DNA from: Planctomycetota bacterium
GTDB taxonomy: Bacteria; Planctomycetota; SZUA-567; H5-PLA8
DNA length: 25,831 nt
Assembly: GCA_045863855.1 (NCBI GenBank)
Contig: BTVV01000086.1
Span: forward strand, 1 to 25,831
Direction: 5' to 3'
The notes under the pieces were generated by a model. The model did not search any database and was not told the origin of the DNA. It saw nothing but the letters and a program-made list of their open reading frames with translations. How positions within the stretch are numbered: position 1 is the first letter of the stretch; every line of letters begins with the position of its first letter. A program made the position numbers and the translations under genes. This document shows positions 24,621-25,831 of the stretch, one piece after another.

Positions 24621-24727
24621 ACCCATGGTGCGTTGGATTGCAAGGGAATCCGCCTAGACGCCAAGGTTGCTAAGAGATGGTCGGGCCAATTAGTAGACTT
24701 ACAAAAGTAATCTGAAATTGAGAACGC

Positions 24728-25831
24728 ATGACCAATCGCCCACAACCTCGATTCCGCGTGCCGCCGCTTAAGGCGATGGCTGCTTTTAGCGAAGCCTTAA
24801 AAGCATCCGATCCGAAGCAAACCAAGGCCTTGCTTGCGCAACATCATGGCCTCATTTGCAATCTCCACTACTTCATTCAGTTCCGACATCAGCCCTACAT
24901 TTCAACCCAGAGTATAATTGAATGTATTGACGCCTTGCTGGCAGGCGGCTCTGATATCGATGCCCTTAACGATCAAAATCAGTCTGTCCTGCATGTGGCC
25001 TTGGAGTGGCCTCTCACTCGCATTGAGATCATTAGCGCATTACTGGAGCGGAATGCGAATCCAAACGTAATCGACGAAGACGGGCGTACGCCGTTGCACC
25101 TGGCGGTGGGAAGTTCCATTGAACGTTCAGATTTAGTCAAGGTGCTGCTAGAAAGCGGAGCTGGTGCGGACCACCCGGACCCTATAGGTGCCACGCCGAT
25201 GCATATGGCCGCTGCAATGGGCCACCTAAATTCGCTGCGGATACTGCATGCCAATGGCGCAAACTTGAATGCCGAAACTGAAGAAGGCTATACACCACTC
25301 TTCCTAGCCATGGCCATGGGTAAACCGGAAGCGGCCGCCTTTATTCGTGAGGTAGGTGGCACTGGAGAAGCCACACCCGAAGCAGTCGCTGAACTGAACT
25401 GCATACACACGCTGGTACAAAAAGGCGAGATCGAGTTTGTTCGTTCGGTGCTGACCCAGTGTCCATCTTTGGTTGAAGCCACCGACGAGCAAGGATGGAC
25501 GCCCTTGCATCATGCCGTACGCAGCAATCGGCTCGACGTGGTGCATCTACTGTTGGATTTGGGCGCAAACCCTAATGCAGGGGAGTCCAGGTTTTTTACT
25601 CCGCTTTGTGCGGCGCTAAATTCCGACAGCAAAGACTTGACTCGACTTCTGCAGGAGTACGGAGCGAAGCCCATTCACTTACTTGGCTTGTGTGACACTT
25701 CTAAGGGACTAACGCCCGATCTGGTTCGAATAGCCGGCCTTCCGGGGTGGATACCTACTGCCGATGACGTTTGCGAATTGGAAGATTACCTGGATTGTGT
25801 GCTGCCCAAAGGCTATGGAACGGCAGTGCAA
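24728..25831 (+). CDS. Ankyrin repeat protein, possibly with a C-terminal SMI1/KNR4-like domain (truncated by window end)
   Basis: Not in the ORF track. Open frame from ATG 24728 to the edge (368 codons) with NQSVLHVA, DGRTPLHLAV, GATPMHMAA, GYTPLFLA, QGWTPLHHAV, LLLDLGANPN, FTPLCAA; ends PTADDVCELEDYLDCVLPKGYGTAVQ. Confidence 0.9.
   Translation, partial: MTNRPQPRFRVPPLKAMAAFSEALKASDPKQTKALLAQHHGLICNLHYFIQFRHQPYISTQSIIECIDALLAGGSDIDALNDQNQSVLHVALEWPLTRIEIISALLERNANPNVIDEDGRTPLHLAVGSSIERSDLVKVLLESGAGADHPDPIGATPMHMAAAMGHLNSLRILHANGANLNAETEEGYTPLFLAMAMGKPEAAAFIREVGGTGEATPEAVAELNCIHTLVQKGEIEFVRSVLTQCPSLVEATDEQGWTPLHHAVRSNRLDVVHLLLDLGANPNAGESRFFTPLCAALNSDSKDLTRLLQEYGAKPIHLLGLCDTSKGLTPDLVRIAGLPGWIPTADDVCELEDYLDCVLPKGYGTAVQ

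Noticed and set aside
24979..25568. Four short minus-strand ORFs at the right end
   Set aside because: Antisense to the ankyrin reading frame, which explains the region
1..25831. CRISPR array, rRNA, transposase, or recognisable anti-phage defence operon
   Set aside because: No regularly spaced repeat-spacer units or diagnostic motifs were seen on either strand

Overview
GC-rich bacterial chromosomal window. A Planctomycetota-like origin is inferred from the gene types: an NPCBM protein with repeated GxxLxG strands, a secreted prenyltransferase-repeat protein, and a large TM kinase-like receptor. Left arm, minus strand: prfA-prmC (apparently leaderless), an NPCBM/NEW2 protein, an AlgI/DltB-type MBOAT, and an overlapping SGNH/DltD-like partner that is missing from the ORF track and runs off the left edge. 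tRNA-Pro(CGG) is divergent from prfA. Middle, minus strand: a mannose-1-P guanylyltransferase fused to an alpha/beta hydrolase, then ruvX, yjbQ, comF, a GH20-like protein with Asp-His in place of the catalytic Asp-Glu, and a Zn-finger/TM/LRR protein. Divergent from these is a 1401-aa protein with MshEN-like repeats, a Zn ribbon, a pseudokinase, a TM helix and a tandem beta-domain ectodomain, followed by a TIM-barrel isomerase-like gene and a PhyH dioxygenase with an upstream 21-bp-period direct repeat. A ~168-bp TA-flanked MITE sits on the stop codon of a pilin-like gene. Right end: a prenyltransferase-repeat gene, an LpxL-type acyltransferase coupled to an EB_dh/DOMON-like lipoprotein, an AT-rich GTATAC-repeat spacer, and a lower-GC ankyrin gene (also missing from the ORF track) whose truncated end resembles an SMI1/KNR4 domain. 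Best candidates for novel biology: the pseudokinase receptor and the Zn-finger/LRR protein, which may share an ectodomain module, plus the ManC-hydrolase fusion and the GH20 pseudo-enzyme. All family assignments come from motif recognition by eye; no searches were run.
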